A stretch of 60,814 nt of DNA, taken from positions 1 through 60,814 of IMG/VR virus record IMGVR_UViG_3300025168_000090, one strand, 5' to 3'. A model generated the notes under the pieces. The model did not search any database. It had not been told where the DNA came from and saw nothing but the letters and a program-made list of their open reading frames with translations. Made by a program: the position numbers and the translations under genes. Positions 47,601 through 56,368 of this stretch are shown one piece after another (position 1 is the first letter of the stretch; each line of letters starts with the position of its first letter). Origin of the DNA: a virus (taxonomy: Duplodnaviria > Caudoviricetes).

Positions 47601-47918
47601 GATGGTTGTGGAGAATATGGAAATTACGTAGTTGTAAAAACACTAATTAATGAAAATCCAACGACCGATGATGACACATCTTATTATATTACTAGATATG
47701 CTTTTTTAAGAAAAATTATTGGGGTTAAAAAAGGAGATACTATTAGTAAACTAACACCGGAACAAACAGTAATTGGACAAATTGGTAATAGTGGATTATC
47801 CGAAGATATTCACCTACATTTTGAAATATTAAGGTATGTAAAAAAGGGACAAAAAATTATAAAACATTACTTGCAACCACAACAGATAGTGAGGGAATTT
47901 AATCAAGTAGGTCCATAA
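41625..47918 (+). CDS. Giant baseplate hub protein with C-terminal M23 peptidase domain
   Basis: Hub-like FGITSINVK..PQVTINFTDIRG and YKASVTCIGNVAIQPTQYFQL..MFNGPYLILNVEHNITP; M23 motifs HLGYD, YGNYVVV, IGNSG.S..IHLHFEI. Confidence 0.75.
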   Translation: MADKLINSGDVYTNPVGDNVVVIDPNKILVNGEVKDRLVDQEDLVMYANLSARIFPRSKILAGGGAGDEVVIDVFDGELNFLKPKGKDFLDSDWTEAFTNPDINKQVRKLNKEGLEVSREIENQNDFQGFGITSINVKLNSSYIPQVTINFTDIRGKTLFEQARVNTPYTAFFHLPYPTFFLTLKGFYGKAVKYQLTLEKFTSRFDPSSGDYLVTCDFKGNHIAMLRDINMHEAITAPYMYPNQTNTLGGITSTKGREVMSEVYSRYKQKNLLDKDFPEYTLVELIEIVKNLDNDLGKLYGKSDLTQTSDKVEYDETLKKFKEAITGKNSWEQEYLDKSKGIKTKISVQSNDGSTGNTKTLMVYPLKFSSQANNDEDKQAEKEILIQGATEKLNELVAKYVYLLDKNPTFREDGTYPVQTVLNDGNFNLFDKSSVNSTGGISVTLVNVDDQSKFDENKPYFLFNTHEKSFENIIKTTRKLFEKQAEKLSDDITTKLNTKLEKEIGFRPTIRNVFAIILAGADTFLKLLDQTHTDAFNQRFNESRLAIAESSDDVKENQMVFPWPQYYVTTQENKCTTSSVLTYPGAKDVVDITKGDNKVVWPEIHFVEEYTKTTAYKFSDFQFPTSNAALEKNFTPILIGEWPFMGAPYESLETIDICFGILDRADMLTRYGWYNTRLPQNNTKTGQALEELSDYESQNIYNLIKDYPDLLGEMGRIGNYNELGAYLLGYNKTIFQTYILNDGIYDPQILSYVKNNVGTIKYESTNVSVIPQDFAKNYEALKEVKHLSGFYDLVPAVINSVNTNYSNAGSYYTAPTTLGGPGTVTFYSVHESLYYDNTDTNILRDNNVCYFTGMIPQLCGNRERNFFFNHGLKPRNEELKDLSEPYGQSVFYTPPIDNMYFGNLLITEGPIRMAGNPTQGNVVNSAGGPNININIEDSEERITSMLNTPYFINSIIEGVGDDRVGTANAYRKSAYLFLNSLPLPTFREKVGKNGSPTNPDDLPTYISSLFNQLPAVHQLPLALLLRIGSVWWRYKTDVQTTTDPLQSMWGNLGRNNNSGSPAQAYDTNTSSLSLDYTFIEPAVGGLSWVYQSQSATNMMVGVYPQVIDCIHFIATGQNGYTNMGSGQVLNNILGPTANLNISTNVEMGRKLTDGTDISFHDVYLDSNNITNPNNGASFNNQVPPERYYILYPSSGGLLNTDASLEAIGLNDVNLHNGACKLFWKGAHYGYFAHRASFIGTPGQYLKNVNPTTQHQPAWNFNDVEVPNYSTIEELFAVFSKSQLDEFESLFLSFSESGGSVEGPLSSMKEFIKEITIIPESFIRDSAGNTNTNINDVISDYEPHNLANAQYNKLVTVLNAFLLYHVEYAHQTTNNLDSFQHGMTSFEATMGLIGNNISIDDTEDKYNFGRYIDSAVTIPPIGSFFVGNPQVWQDVRLNVGRFYSTPSGSEPSDLLAPQDESNPIYKFFTTCRGAEGGIEFTSKNVEIFAPVIRMYASYCATVSNITADKYLKIFGTTTDTLEVVDYVDGITSKLQKLISTNIEENETRTADVTDDRPSIEADNLKLELYTTFKTLNDRWVAGTDLTQQTLFERFLFFDRANRDIGDEAIINIWDIIQLDSPFGGSNTNTLTQSVASYLSTILANNYFNFIPLPAYINFFNVANDNSQLQGNAMFGTFKTVDYLESQPAFLCQYVGPPSSQLKVDTPNNGYKNDSFTMNRTANNPLLSENCGDKQLSNKVMGFNVDFGIPNQNIFESITLDQSQFQDTSESFKILQDMADSGGGGATSTASLSLFNIYSNRSYKASVTCIGNVAIQPTQYFQLRYLPMFNGPYLILNVEHNITPNNIETSFEGVRVPIPTLPKIDKLVQRVNKKIYQKAEQRFKDNSLDLYLDNLSATKNQLNKTPLNNGYVNTEIFFGSDILVDDQVQFNTPIPTSYLNSPIVDPEVVHLGYDFVLNADYELQASTTPGVNVTASIGGIVIDIKDGCNPLQNSDGCGEYGNYVVVKTLINENPTTDDDTSYYITRYAFLRKIIGVKKGDTISKLTPEQTVIGQIGNSGLSEDIHLHFEILRYVKKGQKIIKHYLQPQQIVREFNQVGP

Positions 47919-47984
47919 TTTAATTTAAATTGACTATTATTAACTTTAGTTATATTTATTAGTATAAAGAAAAAATTTATTATT

Positions 47985-48224
47985 ATGGTTAACGAAACAT
48001 TAAAACAAAAATTAGGTAATTTTATCGGTAAAAAAACTGATAATGTTGTAGATAACGGTAACACACCACAAGGACAACAAGTTTGTGATTTAGACACTGG
48101 AATTTGTTATACTATTAGAAGTAGAGATGGGTTAATAGAAAGAGTAGAAAATTCTATCAGAGTAAACCGTAAAGTACAAGTAGAATCACCTTCAGGTGAT
48201 GTAAAACAATTATTAAATGGATAA
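47985..48224 (+). CDS. Hypothetical protein
   Basis: VCDLDTGICYTIRSRDGLIER; TATTTATT at 47953-47960. Confidence 0.65.
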   Translation: MVNETLKQKLGNFIGKKTDNVVDNGNTPQGQQVCDLDTGICYTIRSRDGLIERVENSIRVNRKVQVESPSGDVKQLLNG

Positions 48225-48972
48225 TAACGTCAAAGAAGAACTACTAAGAGAATTAAATCGATTTAAAGAAATTGGACACAATTCAGACAATCTTACAGAA
48301 CAAAACATGGCTGTTAACAACGGTTCAGGATTCCTAGATTCCCAAGGAGAATCAGATAGGTTAAAAGAATACACGAGTCGACAAAAAGAAATGGCTGAAC
48401 AAGAAGCTGATGATGAATTAGAGTTAGGAGATGAGGGAGAAACTGAAGAGTTGGATATTCCATTAGACCCAGAAGGAGAAACCGAAGAGGATGAAATAGA
48501 TACTGATATTGATACTGAAGTTGTTGATGATGAAGTGGAAATGGACACGGTTAATGATAACGAAAAAGAATTAGACGTTACTGACTTAGTTACTAAACAA
48601 GATGAAGTTAATACAGAACTTTCAGACCAGAAAGACATATTACAAAAAAATACAGAAAGTCTAGACGATTTAATGAACAAATTAAGTTCCCTAGAAACAC
48701 ACCTAACCTCTATGGACGATATGGTTAACAAAATATCAAACTTAGAAAAAAAGATAGAAGAATATAGACCTAGGACACCAGAAGAGAAGGTAGGTCTAAG
48801 AAAATACGATAGTGGTCCATTTAATAAAACCTTAACTGATTTTTTTACTGACAAAGAAGAAGTTTTTGACGAAACAGGTAAAAAACAATACATCTTAAAA
48901 AAAGATGATGTAGAAAATTATAGTGAAGACGACATTAAAAAAAGCTTTGACCCAACCCAAGAAGAAAACTAA
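48217..48972 (+). CDS. Acidic coiled-coil protein (possible prohead scaffold/core)
   Basis: LLRELNRFKEI, LTEQ site, D/E-rich middle, heptad region, PRTPEEK.GLR..DSGPFN. Confidence 0.55.
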   Translation: MDNNVKEELLRELNRFKEIGHNSDNLTEQNMAVNNGSGFLDSQGESDRLKEYTSRQKEMAEQEADDELELGDEGETEELDIPLDPEGETEEDEIDTDIDTEVVDDEVEMDTVNDNEKELDVTDLVTKQDEVNTELSDQKDILQKNTESLDDLMNKLSSLETHLTSMDDMVNKISNLEKKIEEYRPRTPEEKVGLRKYDSGPFNKTLTDFFTDKEEVFDETGKKQYILKKDDVENYSEDDIKKSFDPTQEEN

Positions 48973-48990
48973 AAACTAAATTAGTTTTAG

Positions 48991-49022
48991 TTTGACAAAC
49001 CCATTTAACTTTATTATCTTTA
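48991..49022 (+). promoter_or_regulatory. Early/host-type promoter TTTG(ACA)-N20-TATCTTTA
   Basis: Can be read as Bacteroidota TTTG-N20-TAnnTTT or as TTGACA-N17-TATCTT; upstream of the replication operon. Confidence 0.6.
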
Positions 49023-49060
49023 CTTATATATTGATTAATTAATTATTAAAAAAAAAATTT

Positions 49061-49930
49061 ATGAGTAATAGTTTAGACGCGGTTTTAGCCCAATACGAAA
49101 AAAACAAACAAAGTGGTGGTTCCACAAAACCACAAATGACATCAGAAGAAAGAATGAAACAATATCTTTCGATAATGTTACCAAAAGGAACCAAACAAGG
49201 AGAAAAAAGAATTAGAATAGTACCGACAACTGACGGTTCATCACCATTTAAAGAAGTATTTTTTCACAATGTCCAAGTACAAGGAAGGTGGCAAAAACTT
49301 TATGACCCAGGAAAAGATGAAACTGGAAAACCATCCGGTGAAAGAAGCCCATTAAATGAAGTTGAAGAAGCTTTAAGATTGGCGGGTGATGCACAATCAA
49401 AAGAATTAGCACGTTCTTATCGTTCACAAAAATTTTACATCGTAAAAGTTGTAGATAGAGATAATGAAGAAGATGGTGTTAAATTTTGGAGATTTAAACA
49501 TAATTGGAAAGGTGACGGACCAATCGACAAGATTATACCAATATGGAGAAATAAAGGTGACGTAACCGATATTAATGAAGGTAGAGATTTAATATTAATC
49601 TTACAAGCTGTACCATTACCAGGTGGTAGAGGTGAATATACAACAGTATCTTCAGTTATGTACGAAGACCCAGGAGTATTATCTACAGACCCAGCTCAAG
49701 CAAAAGAATGGTCAGGAGATGAAAGAACCTGGAGAGACGTATACTCACAAAAACCAGTAGAATATTTAGAAGCTATTTCTAAAGGTTTAGACCCAATATG
49801 GGACTCAGAACAAAAAAAGTATGTTTATGACGACCCTAATGGTGTACAAAATACAACACAGACAACTACTTTAGGTTCTACAAACGACCCACAAGCAAAT
49901 GACCCACAATCAGAAGATTTACCATTTTAA
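49061..49930 (+). CDS. Single-stranded DNA-binding protein (T4 gp32-like)
   Basis: RIRIVP...SPFKEVFFH, YIVKVVDRDNEEDGVKFWRF, GRDL, acidic tail EDLPF. Confidence 0.85.
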   Translation: MSNSLDAVLAQYEKNKQSGGSTKPQMTSEERMKQYLSIMLPKGTKQGEKRIRIVPTTDGSSPFKEVFFHNVQVQGRWQKLYDPGKDETGKPSGERSPLNEVEEALRLAGDAQSKELARSYRSQKFYIVKVVDRDNEEDGVKFWRFKHNWKGDGPIDKIIPIWRNKGDVTDINEGRDLILILQAVPLPGGRGEYTTVSSVMYEDPGVLSTDPAQAKEWSGDERTWRDVYSQKPVEYLEAISKGLDPIWDSEQKKYVYDDPNGVQNTTQTTTLGSTNDPQANDPQSEDLPF

Positions 49931-49939
49931 TAAGTAGAT

Positions 49940-50944
49940 ATGGCATTAAAAAAGAAAACATTTTCAGAACTGAAAAATAAATTCTCAAAGAAAGCTAACT
50001 TTAAACCAGAAAGATTTTTTGATTTAGGGAAAGCTTTCCTTGATGCTACTGGTTTACCCGGTCCAGCGATGGGACACTTACAGATGTTTTTAGGTCATTC
50101 TGATACTGGAAAAACCACAGCTTTAATAAAAGCAGCGGTTGATGCTCAAAATAAAGGGATACTACCTGTGTTGATTATTACCGAACAAAAGTGGGGTTTT
50201 GAGCACGCAAAACTTTTAGGTTTTGATTGTGAAGAAGTTGTAGATAAAACTACAGGTGAAATAGACTGGGACGGATTCTTCTTATTTAATAACGACTTCC
50301 AATACATAGAAGAAATCACCGACTACATTAACACTTTATTAGACGCACAAGATAAAGGTGAACTGGAGTACGATTTATTGTTTTTATGGGATTCTGTTGG
50401 TTCAGTACCCTGTAAAATGACGTTTGATGGAAAGGGTGGTAAAATGCACAATGCAGCTACCCTAGCTGATAAAATAGGTATGGGGTTAAACCAAAGAATA
50501 GGAAAGTCTAGAAGACAAGATTCTAAATATACAAATACATTGGTTGTGGTAAACCAACCATGGGTAGAATTGCCGGATAACCCATTTGGCCAACCTAAAA
50601 TTAAAGCCAAAGGAGGAGAGTCACTATGGTTAAACTCAACACTAGTATTCAGATTTGGTAATCAAAAAAATGCTGGAACAACGAATATTTCAGCTGTAAA
50701 AGAAAAAAGAAAAGTAAAGTTTGCTACTAGAACTAAAATAACAATTATGAAAAATCATGTTAATGGTTTGGGGTATGAAGATGGGAAAATACTTATAACC
50801 CCACATGGATTTATAGCTGGTAGAGAAGTCACAGAAGAAAAAAAATCAATAGAAAATTATAAACAAGAACACGCTACCTTTTGGTCTGAACAATTAGGTG
50901 TTGGTGGTGAATTCGACTTAAAAATAGAAAAAGAAAATGACTAA
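49940..50944 (+). CDS. uvsX: RecA/UvsX-like recombinase
   Basis: Walker A GHSDTGKTT, LFLWDSVGS, VVNQ, KGGES, KNH. Confidence 0.88.
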   Translation: MALKKKTFSELKNKFSKKANFKPERFFDLGKAFLDATGLPGPAMGHLQMFLGHSDTGKTTALIKAAVDAQNKGILPVLIITEQKWGFEHAKLLGFDCEEVVDKTTGEIDWDGFFLFNNDFQYIEEITDYINTLLDAQDKGELEYDLLFLWDSVGSVPCKMTFDGKGGKMHNAATLADKIGMGLNQRIGKSRRQDSKYTNTLVVVNQPWVELPDNPFGQPKIKAKGGESLWLNSTLVFRFGNQKNAGTTNISAVKEKRKVKFATRTKITIMKNHVNGLGYEDGKILITPHGFIAGREVTEEKKSIENYKQEHATFWSEQLGVGGEFDLKIEKEND

Positions 50945-51371
50945 ATTAAAAAAAGGAAGTAAAGTAAAGGTACACTATGTTGGAACACTAAAAGATGGTA
51001 CAGAATTTGACAACTCAAGAACAAGAGACCAACTATTAGAAGTTACTATAGATGATGGAAATTTATTAAAAGGGTTTAATGATACAGTTAAAAACTTACA
51101 GGTTGGTGAAAGTACTGAGGTTAGTTTAAAAGCCAAAGAAGCATATGGGGAATATGTGGATGAAGCGGTTATAAGTGTTAAAAAAGAAGAATTCCCTAAA
51201 GACTTTAAATTTGAGATAAATGGGTTCATTCAAGGGCAAGATGAAATGGGGAGACCGGTACAGGGTCAAATTGTTAAGATAGAAGAAAATACGATAAATC
51301 TAGACTTAAACCACCCCCTTGCAGGAGAAGACCTAAATTTCAACATAGAGTTAGTAGAAGTAGTACAGTAA
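50937..51371 (+). CDS. FKBP-type peptidyl-prolyl isomerase, SlyD/SlpA-like (no His-rich tail)
   Basis: VKVHYVGTLKDGTEFDNS, EAYGEY, IF domain, LDLNHPLAGEDLNFNIELVEV. Confidence 0.93.
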   Translation: MTKLKKGSKVKVHYVGTLKDGTEFDNSRTRDQLLEVTIDDGNLLKGFNDTVKNLQVGESTEVSLKAKEAYGEYVDEAVISVKKEEFPKDFKFEINGFIQGQDEMGRPVQGQIVKIEENTINLDLNHPLAGEDLNFNIELVEVVQ

Positions 51372-51402
51372 AAAAAATTGTTTAACCTTTTAATTAAATG
51401 TC

Positions 51403-52413
51403 TTGATAAGAACATTAGTAGTTGACGGAAATTCTTTATTAAATACAGGCTTTCACGGTATTAAAAATATGTATAATGGAGAAAACCATATAGGTGGTTT
51501 GTACCATTTTTTAAATACATTAAGAAAACTAATTGATACCTACTTAATAACTAAGGTTGTTGTTTTTTGGGATGGAAAAGATAATACAAAACCAAGAACA
51601 CAACTATATCCACAGTATAAATTAAATAGAAGACTCAAACCCAAACCGGTAGACGAGTTAAATTCCTACGCAACACAAAAACTACGTACCCAAGAATATC
51701 TAGAAGAACTATACGTCAGACAAGCTACCTTTGAATATTGTGAAGCTGACGATTGTATGGCGTATTATTGTGAAAAATCCACAAAAGAAGATATAATAGT
51801 ATTAACTTCAGATAGGGACTTATTACAACTAATTTCTAAGGATGTGTCGTTACATATCATTTCTTTAAATAAATTGTTTAAATTTGGTGATAAAGTACCT
51901 TTAGATGGTATGTATATACCACCAGACAATGTTAGATTAGTAAAAACTATATGTGGTGATTCTTCAGACAATATAAAAGGGATTAAAATGGTTGGGATAA
52001 AATCGTTAGCCAAAATAAATCCAGATATATTGGAGAAAAAAATAACTTTAGACGACATAATAAAAAAAATAAAAACAAAAAATAAAGTTAGTGTTAAGGA
52101 AAACAACATACTTAACGGGATAACACAAAAAAATTTAGAACCAAAAAATAATATTTTAGAAATTAACTATAATATTATAGGTGTCGGTAAACAATTCCTA
52201 ACCGAAAATGCTATAAATGGTATACAAGACTTATCAAAAGAAGCTATAGACCCAGAAGGTAGACACTGGAAAAACGCTTTGGACTTGATGATGTCAGATG
52301 GAATTCTTAATATTTTACCTAAGACAGATGATGCCTGGGTAGATTTTGTAAGACCTTTTTTAAGGTTAACTAGAATAGAAAAAGATTTTTATATTAAAAA
52401 AAACAAAAATTAA
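51403..52413 (+). CDS. 5'-3' exonuclease/flap endonuclease (T4 RNase H/PolI N-terminal-like)
   Basis: LVVDGNSL, VFWDG, YPQYKLNR, EADD, TSDRDLLQL, GDSSDNIKGIKMVG. Confidence 0.93.
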   Translation: MIRTLVVDGNSLLNTGFHGIKNMYNGENHIGGLYHFLNTLRKLIDTYLITKVVVFWDGKDNTKPRTQLYPQYKLNRRLKPKPVDELNSYATQKLRTQEYLEELYVRQATFEYCEADDCMAYYCEKSTKEDIIVLTSDRDLLQLISKDVSLHIISLNKLFKFGDKVPLDGMYIPPDNVRLVKTICGDSSDNIKGIKMVGIKSLAKINPDILEKKITLDDIIKKIKTKNKVSVKENNILNGITQKNLEPKNNILEINYNIIGVGKQFLTENAINGIQDLSKEAIDPEGRHWKNALDLMMSDGILNILPKTDDAWVDFVRPFLRLTRIEKDFYIKKNKN

Positions 52414-52414
52414 A

Positions 52415-52858
52415 ATGAAAGAAAAATTTGAAAACACACAAAAATGCGAATTCTTACTGGAATTGGGTAAAAATATAATTTGCCAAAGATATTTTACAGT
52501 AAGGAATTTTAACCCTAAAGCTATGAATTCTTTAGACTTATACCATACAGTTAGTTATGTTGTAGACAAAATTGAAGGTAGTTTAGTACTAAAAACACTA
52601 CATTTTTTAGATAGTTCCTACCGAGAAAATAGTAATGATGTGGTTAATAAAGGTGAGACCTTTACGATAACAATTAAGGTTGGAAATAAGAAAATATTAT
52701 CAACAATCTTTCCCTCGAGCGTCTACCCCCCGAAAATTAGATACACGGTAGATATAAGACCACAAATATCTTATATACTAAGAGAGTTAACTGAGACACT
52801 GTCCAGAAAAAAACTTACTACGCACTACCAAGATTATAGCTTAATTGTGAGCAAATAA
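52415..52858 (+). CDS. Hypothetical protein
   Basis: NIICQRYFTVRNFNP and YPPKIRYTVDIRP; in the replication operon. Confidence 0.65.
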   Translation: MKEKFENTQKCEFLLELGKNIICQRYFTVRNFNPKAMNSLDLYHTVSYVVDKIEGSLVLKTLHFLDSSYRENSNDVVNKGETFTITIKVGNKKILSTIFPSSVYPPKIRYTVDIRPQISYILRELTETLSRKKLTTHYQDYSLIVSK

Positions 52859-52883
52859 CGTATTTATTAATAAAGAATTTTAG

Positions 52884-54263
52884 ATGAGTGATAAACAAAA
52901 TTTTGGATATCTAGGATATTCATTCCAACTTAAATTATTAAACTTAATTATTACGGATAATAAATTTTTCCAGGTAATAATCGACGCGATAATCCCAAAA
53001 TATTTCGACAACCAGTACTTTAGACTGATAATGCAGTTAATTAAGGAATACTATGAAAAATATGATACTTCTCCCTCATTAGATGCTTTAGACCAGTTGA
53101 CAAGAATTGAAATTTCTTCAGAAATGGCAAGAAAGTATATTGTTGATATGTTAAAAGAAATTAAAGATTCTTCATTTGAAGACCATCTTTTTATTAAAGA
53201 AAAATCTTTAAACTTTTGTAAACAACAGGAACTTAAAAAAGCTATTAGAAAAGTTGAAAGTATAATGGAAAAAGGTGAATTTGAAAATTACGATAAGTGT
53301 GAAGAGTTAATTAGGGACGCTATTAAAATAGGGGATGGTGATGAGGGAAGTTTTGAAATTTTTACAGAACTAGATAAATTGTTGGATGAAGACTATAGAC
53401 ACCCAATCCCAACCGGGATTGATGGTTTAGATAACATACTTAATGGTGGTCTAGCTAAAGGTGAAATTGGGGTTGTTTTAGCTCCTACTGGGGTGGGGAA
53501 AACCACTATGTTAACCAGATTTGCCAATACAGCTTTTAATATGGGGTACAACGTACTACAAATATTTTTTGAGGATAACCCAAAAATAATACAAAGAAAA
53601 CATTTTACATGTTGGACGGGAATCCCAAATAATGAGTTAAGTGACCATAAAGAAACAGTACTTGATAAAGCAGATGAAATGAAAAAAACTGGTGGTAAGC
53701 TAATACTAAAAAAATTACCGTCAGACGAAATGAGTATGTTACAGATTAAAAATCAGGTTAGAAAAATAATATCTGAAGGAACTAAAATAGATATTATTTT
53801 GATAGACTACATAGACTGTATATTACCAGACCGTGCATTTAATGATGAATGGAAAGGTGAGGGTTCTGTTATGAGAAAATTTGAAGGTATGTGTCATGAA
53901 CTGGATATTGCTGGGTGGACCGCCACACAAGGAAATAGAAGTTCTATATCTTCAGATGTGGTCACTACAGACCAAATGGGTGGTTCCATCAAAAAAGCTC
54001 AAGTGGGTCATGTTATTATATCAGTAGCAAAGACTTTACAACAAAAAGAAATGGGTTTAGCGACAATAGCTATTGTTAAATCTAGGTTAGGTAGAGATGG
54101 TGTTATATTTGAAAATTGTAAATTTGATAATGGAACATTGGAAATAGATACCGAAACAACACAAACATTCTTAGGTTTCGAAGAAGAAAAAACTAACAGA
54201 AACAGGGAGAGAGTTGCACAAGCTCTACAAAGAAGACAACAAGTAATAAATAAAAGTAATTAA
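52884..54263 (+). CDS. dnaB: Replicative DNA helicase (DnaB/T4 gp41-like)
   Basis: IPTGIDGLD..LNGGL, APTGVGKTT, ILIDYIDC, WTATQGNR, KSR.GRDG. Confidence 0.92.
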   Translation: MSDKQNFGYLGYSFQLKLLNLIITDNKFFQVIIDAIIPKYFDNQYFRLIMQLIKEYYEKYDTSPSLDALDQLTRIEISSEMARKYIVDMLKEIKDSSFEDHLFIKEKSLNFCKQQELKKAIRKVESIMEKGEFENYDKCEELIRDAIKIGDGDEGSFEIFTELDKLLDEDYRHPIPTGIDGLDNILNGGLAKGEIGVVLAPTGVGKTTMLTRFANTAFNMGYNVLQIFFEDNPKIIQRKHFTCWTGIPNNELSDHKETVLDKADEMKKTGGKLILKKLPSDEMSMLQIKNQVRKIISEGTKIDIILIDYIDCILPDRAFNDEWKGEGSVMRKFEGMCHELDIAGWTATQGNRSSISSDVVTTDQMGGSIKKAQVGHVIISVAKTLQQKEMGLATIAIVKSRLGRDGVIFENCKFDNGTLEIDTETTQTFLGFEEEKTNRNRERVAQALQRRQQVINKSN

Positions 54264-54276
54264 TAAAATAAAAAAT

Positions 54277-56181
54277 ATGGAAGTATCAAATAAGATTCTG
54301 TCGGATATTACTGTCTACATGAAGTACGCAAAATACCTACCAGAACTGAATAGAAGAGAAACGTGGGACGAATTGGTAACACGTAATAAGGAAATGCATC
54401 AAAAAAAGTATCCTAGTTTAAAAGAAGAAATAGAACAAAAATACAAATTAGTGTATGATAAAAAAGTACTACCTTCTATGAGAAGTATGCAGTTTGGTGG
54501 TAAACCAATAGAAATTTCACCTAATAGAATCTATAACTGTGCGTACCTACCTATAGAACATATTGATTCATTTAGTGAAACAATGTTTTTATTGTTAGGT
54601 GGTACCGGTGTTGGATATTCAGTACAAAGACACCATGTAGACAAATTACCTGTAATACAAAAACCATATCAGAAAAGGAAAAAAAGATTTTTAATAGGAG
54701 ACTCTATTGAAGGATGGGCTGATTCTATAAAAGTTCTTATGAAAACATATATGAATGGTGGTGGAAGTAGAGTAGAGTTTGACTATTCAGATATTAGACC
54801 AAAAGGCGCTAGATTAATAACATCAGGTGGAAAAGCACCAGGACCTCAACCACTAAAAGAATGTTTAGTAAAAATTGAAGGTCTATTAAACCAAAAAGAA
54901 AATGGAGAACAACTCACAACTATTGAAGTACATGATATCGTATGTCATATCGCTGACGCCGTATTGGCCGGTGGTATTCGCCGTGCAGCACTTATATCGT
55001 TATTTAGTGCTGATGATGAACAAATGATTGGTTGTAAATCAGGTAATTGGTGGGAATTAAACCCACAAAGAGGTAGAGCAAATAATTCCGCTTGTTTGAT
55101 GAGACATAAGATTACAAAAGAATTTTTTATGGACCTTTGGAAAAGGGTTGAGTTATCGGGAGCTGGAGAACCAGGAATTTATTTAAATAATGATAAAGAC
55201 TGGGGAACAAATCCTTGTTGTGAAATCGCACTAAGACCAAACCAATTCTGTAATTTATGTGAGGTAAACGTATCAAACATAGAATCACAAGAAGACCTAA
55301 ATGAGAGAGTTAAGGTTGCGTCATTTATAGGTACACTACAAGCGGGATACACCTCATTCCACTATCTAAGAGAAATATGGCAACAAACAACCGAAAGAGA
55401 CGCTTTAATAGGGGTCTCAATGACCGGAATTGGTTCTGGAAAAGTATTAAACTATGACATGCCAAAGGCTGCCAGTCTAGTAAAAAGAGAAAATACAAGA
55501 GTTGCAAAGTTAATAGGGATAAACCAATCAGCAAGATGTACAACAGTTAAACCAGCAGGAACAACTTCATTAACATTAGGAACATCATCAGGTATTCACG
55601 CTTGGCATAATGATTTTTATGTTAGAAGAGTTAGGGTTGGTAAGAATGAAGCTATTTATACTTACTTATTAAATAACCACCCAGAATTAGTAGAAGATGA
55701 ATACTTTAGACCACACGATACAGCGGTAATTAGTATACCACAAAAAGCACCAGAAGGTTCTATAATGAGAACAGAGTCACCTTTCCAATTACTAGAACGA
55801 GTTAAAAAAGTTGCTACAGAATGGGTAAAAGCAGGTCATAGAAACGGTTCAAACTCACACAACGTGTCCGCAACAATTTCTTTAAGAGAACATGAATGGG
55901 ACCCAGCTGGTGAATGGATGTGGGAAAATAGAAAATCTTATAATGGTCTTTCTGTTTTACCTTATAATGGTGGGACATATACACAAGCACCTTTTGAAGA
56001 TATTACAGAAGAAAAGTATGAAGAAATGATGGAGTCTCTAAAAGATGTTAATTTAAGTATGGTTGTTGAATTAGACGATAATACAAATTTAACTGGTGAA
56101 TTAGCGTGTGCTGGAGGGACTTGTGAAATAGATGTTGACTTAAAATCTATAGAAAAAGAAAAAGCTCTAGATGAAGCATAA
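54277..56181 (+). CDS. nrdJ: Class II (adenosylcobalamin-dependent) ribonucleotide reductase
   Basis: VLPSMR, IYNCAY, GGIRRAALI, TNPCCEI, CNLCEVN, TTVKPAGT, C-terminal ACAGGTCE; no beta subunit adjacent. Confidence 0.9.
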   Translation: MEVSNKILSDITVYMKYAKYLPELNRRETWDELVTRNKEMHQKKYPSLKEEIEQKYKLVYDKKVLPSMRSMQFGGKPIEISPNRIYNCAYLPIEHIDSFSETMFLLLGGTGVGYSVQRHHVDKLPVIQKPYQKRKKRFLIGDSIEGWADSIKVLMKTYMNGGGSRVEFDYSDIRPKGARLITSGGKAPGPQPLKECLVKIEGLLNQKENGEQLTTIEVHDIVCHIADAVLAGGIRRAALISLFSADDEQMIGCKSGNWWELNPQRGRANNSACLMRHKITKEFFMDLWKRVELSGAGEPGIYLNNDKDWGTNPCCEIALRPNQFCNLCEVNVSNIESQEDLNERVKVASFIGTLQAGYTSFHYLREIWQQTTERDALIGVSMTGIGSGKVLNYDMPKAASLVKRENTRVAKLIGINQSARCTTVKPAGTTSLTLGTSSGIHAWHNDFYVRRVRVGKNEAIYTYLLNNHPELVEDEYFRPHDTAVISIPQKAPEGSIMRTESPFQLLERVKKVATEWVKAGHRNGSNSHNVSATISLREHEWDPAGEWMWENRKSYNGLSVLPYNGGTYTQAPFEDITEEKYEEMMESLKDVNLSMVVELDDNTNLTGELACAGGTCEIDVDLKSIEKEKALDEA

Positions 56182-56368
56182 GTTTAGTAAAGAAATATTA
56201 TACCATTTTAATTGTGGTAAATGTAACAAATGGTGGTCAATTGCTGACTACCATTTGTTTTCTAATAATGTACCAGAAAATGAAAAAAAGGTACCTATTT
56301 TAATAATATGTCCCCACTGTGGACATAATGAAGAAATAAAAGAAATAACAGCTAATGAGAAAAGATGA
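56171..56368 (+). CDS. Small zinc-ribbon protein
   Basis: CGKC..WWS...ICPHCG. Confidence 0.7.
   Translation: MKHKFSKEILYHFNCGKCNKWWSIADYHLFSNNVPENEKKVPILIICPHCGHNEEIKEITANEKR

Noticed and set aside
48966-48993. Inverted repeat AAAACTAA-A-TTAGTTTT beside the ssb promoter as an operator
   Set aside because: Almost all A/T, imperfect and single-copy, so it cannot be distinguished from chance or a weak terminator
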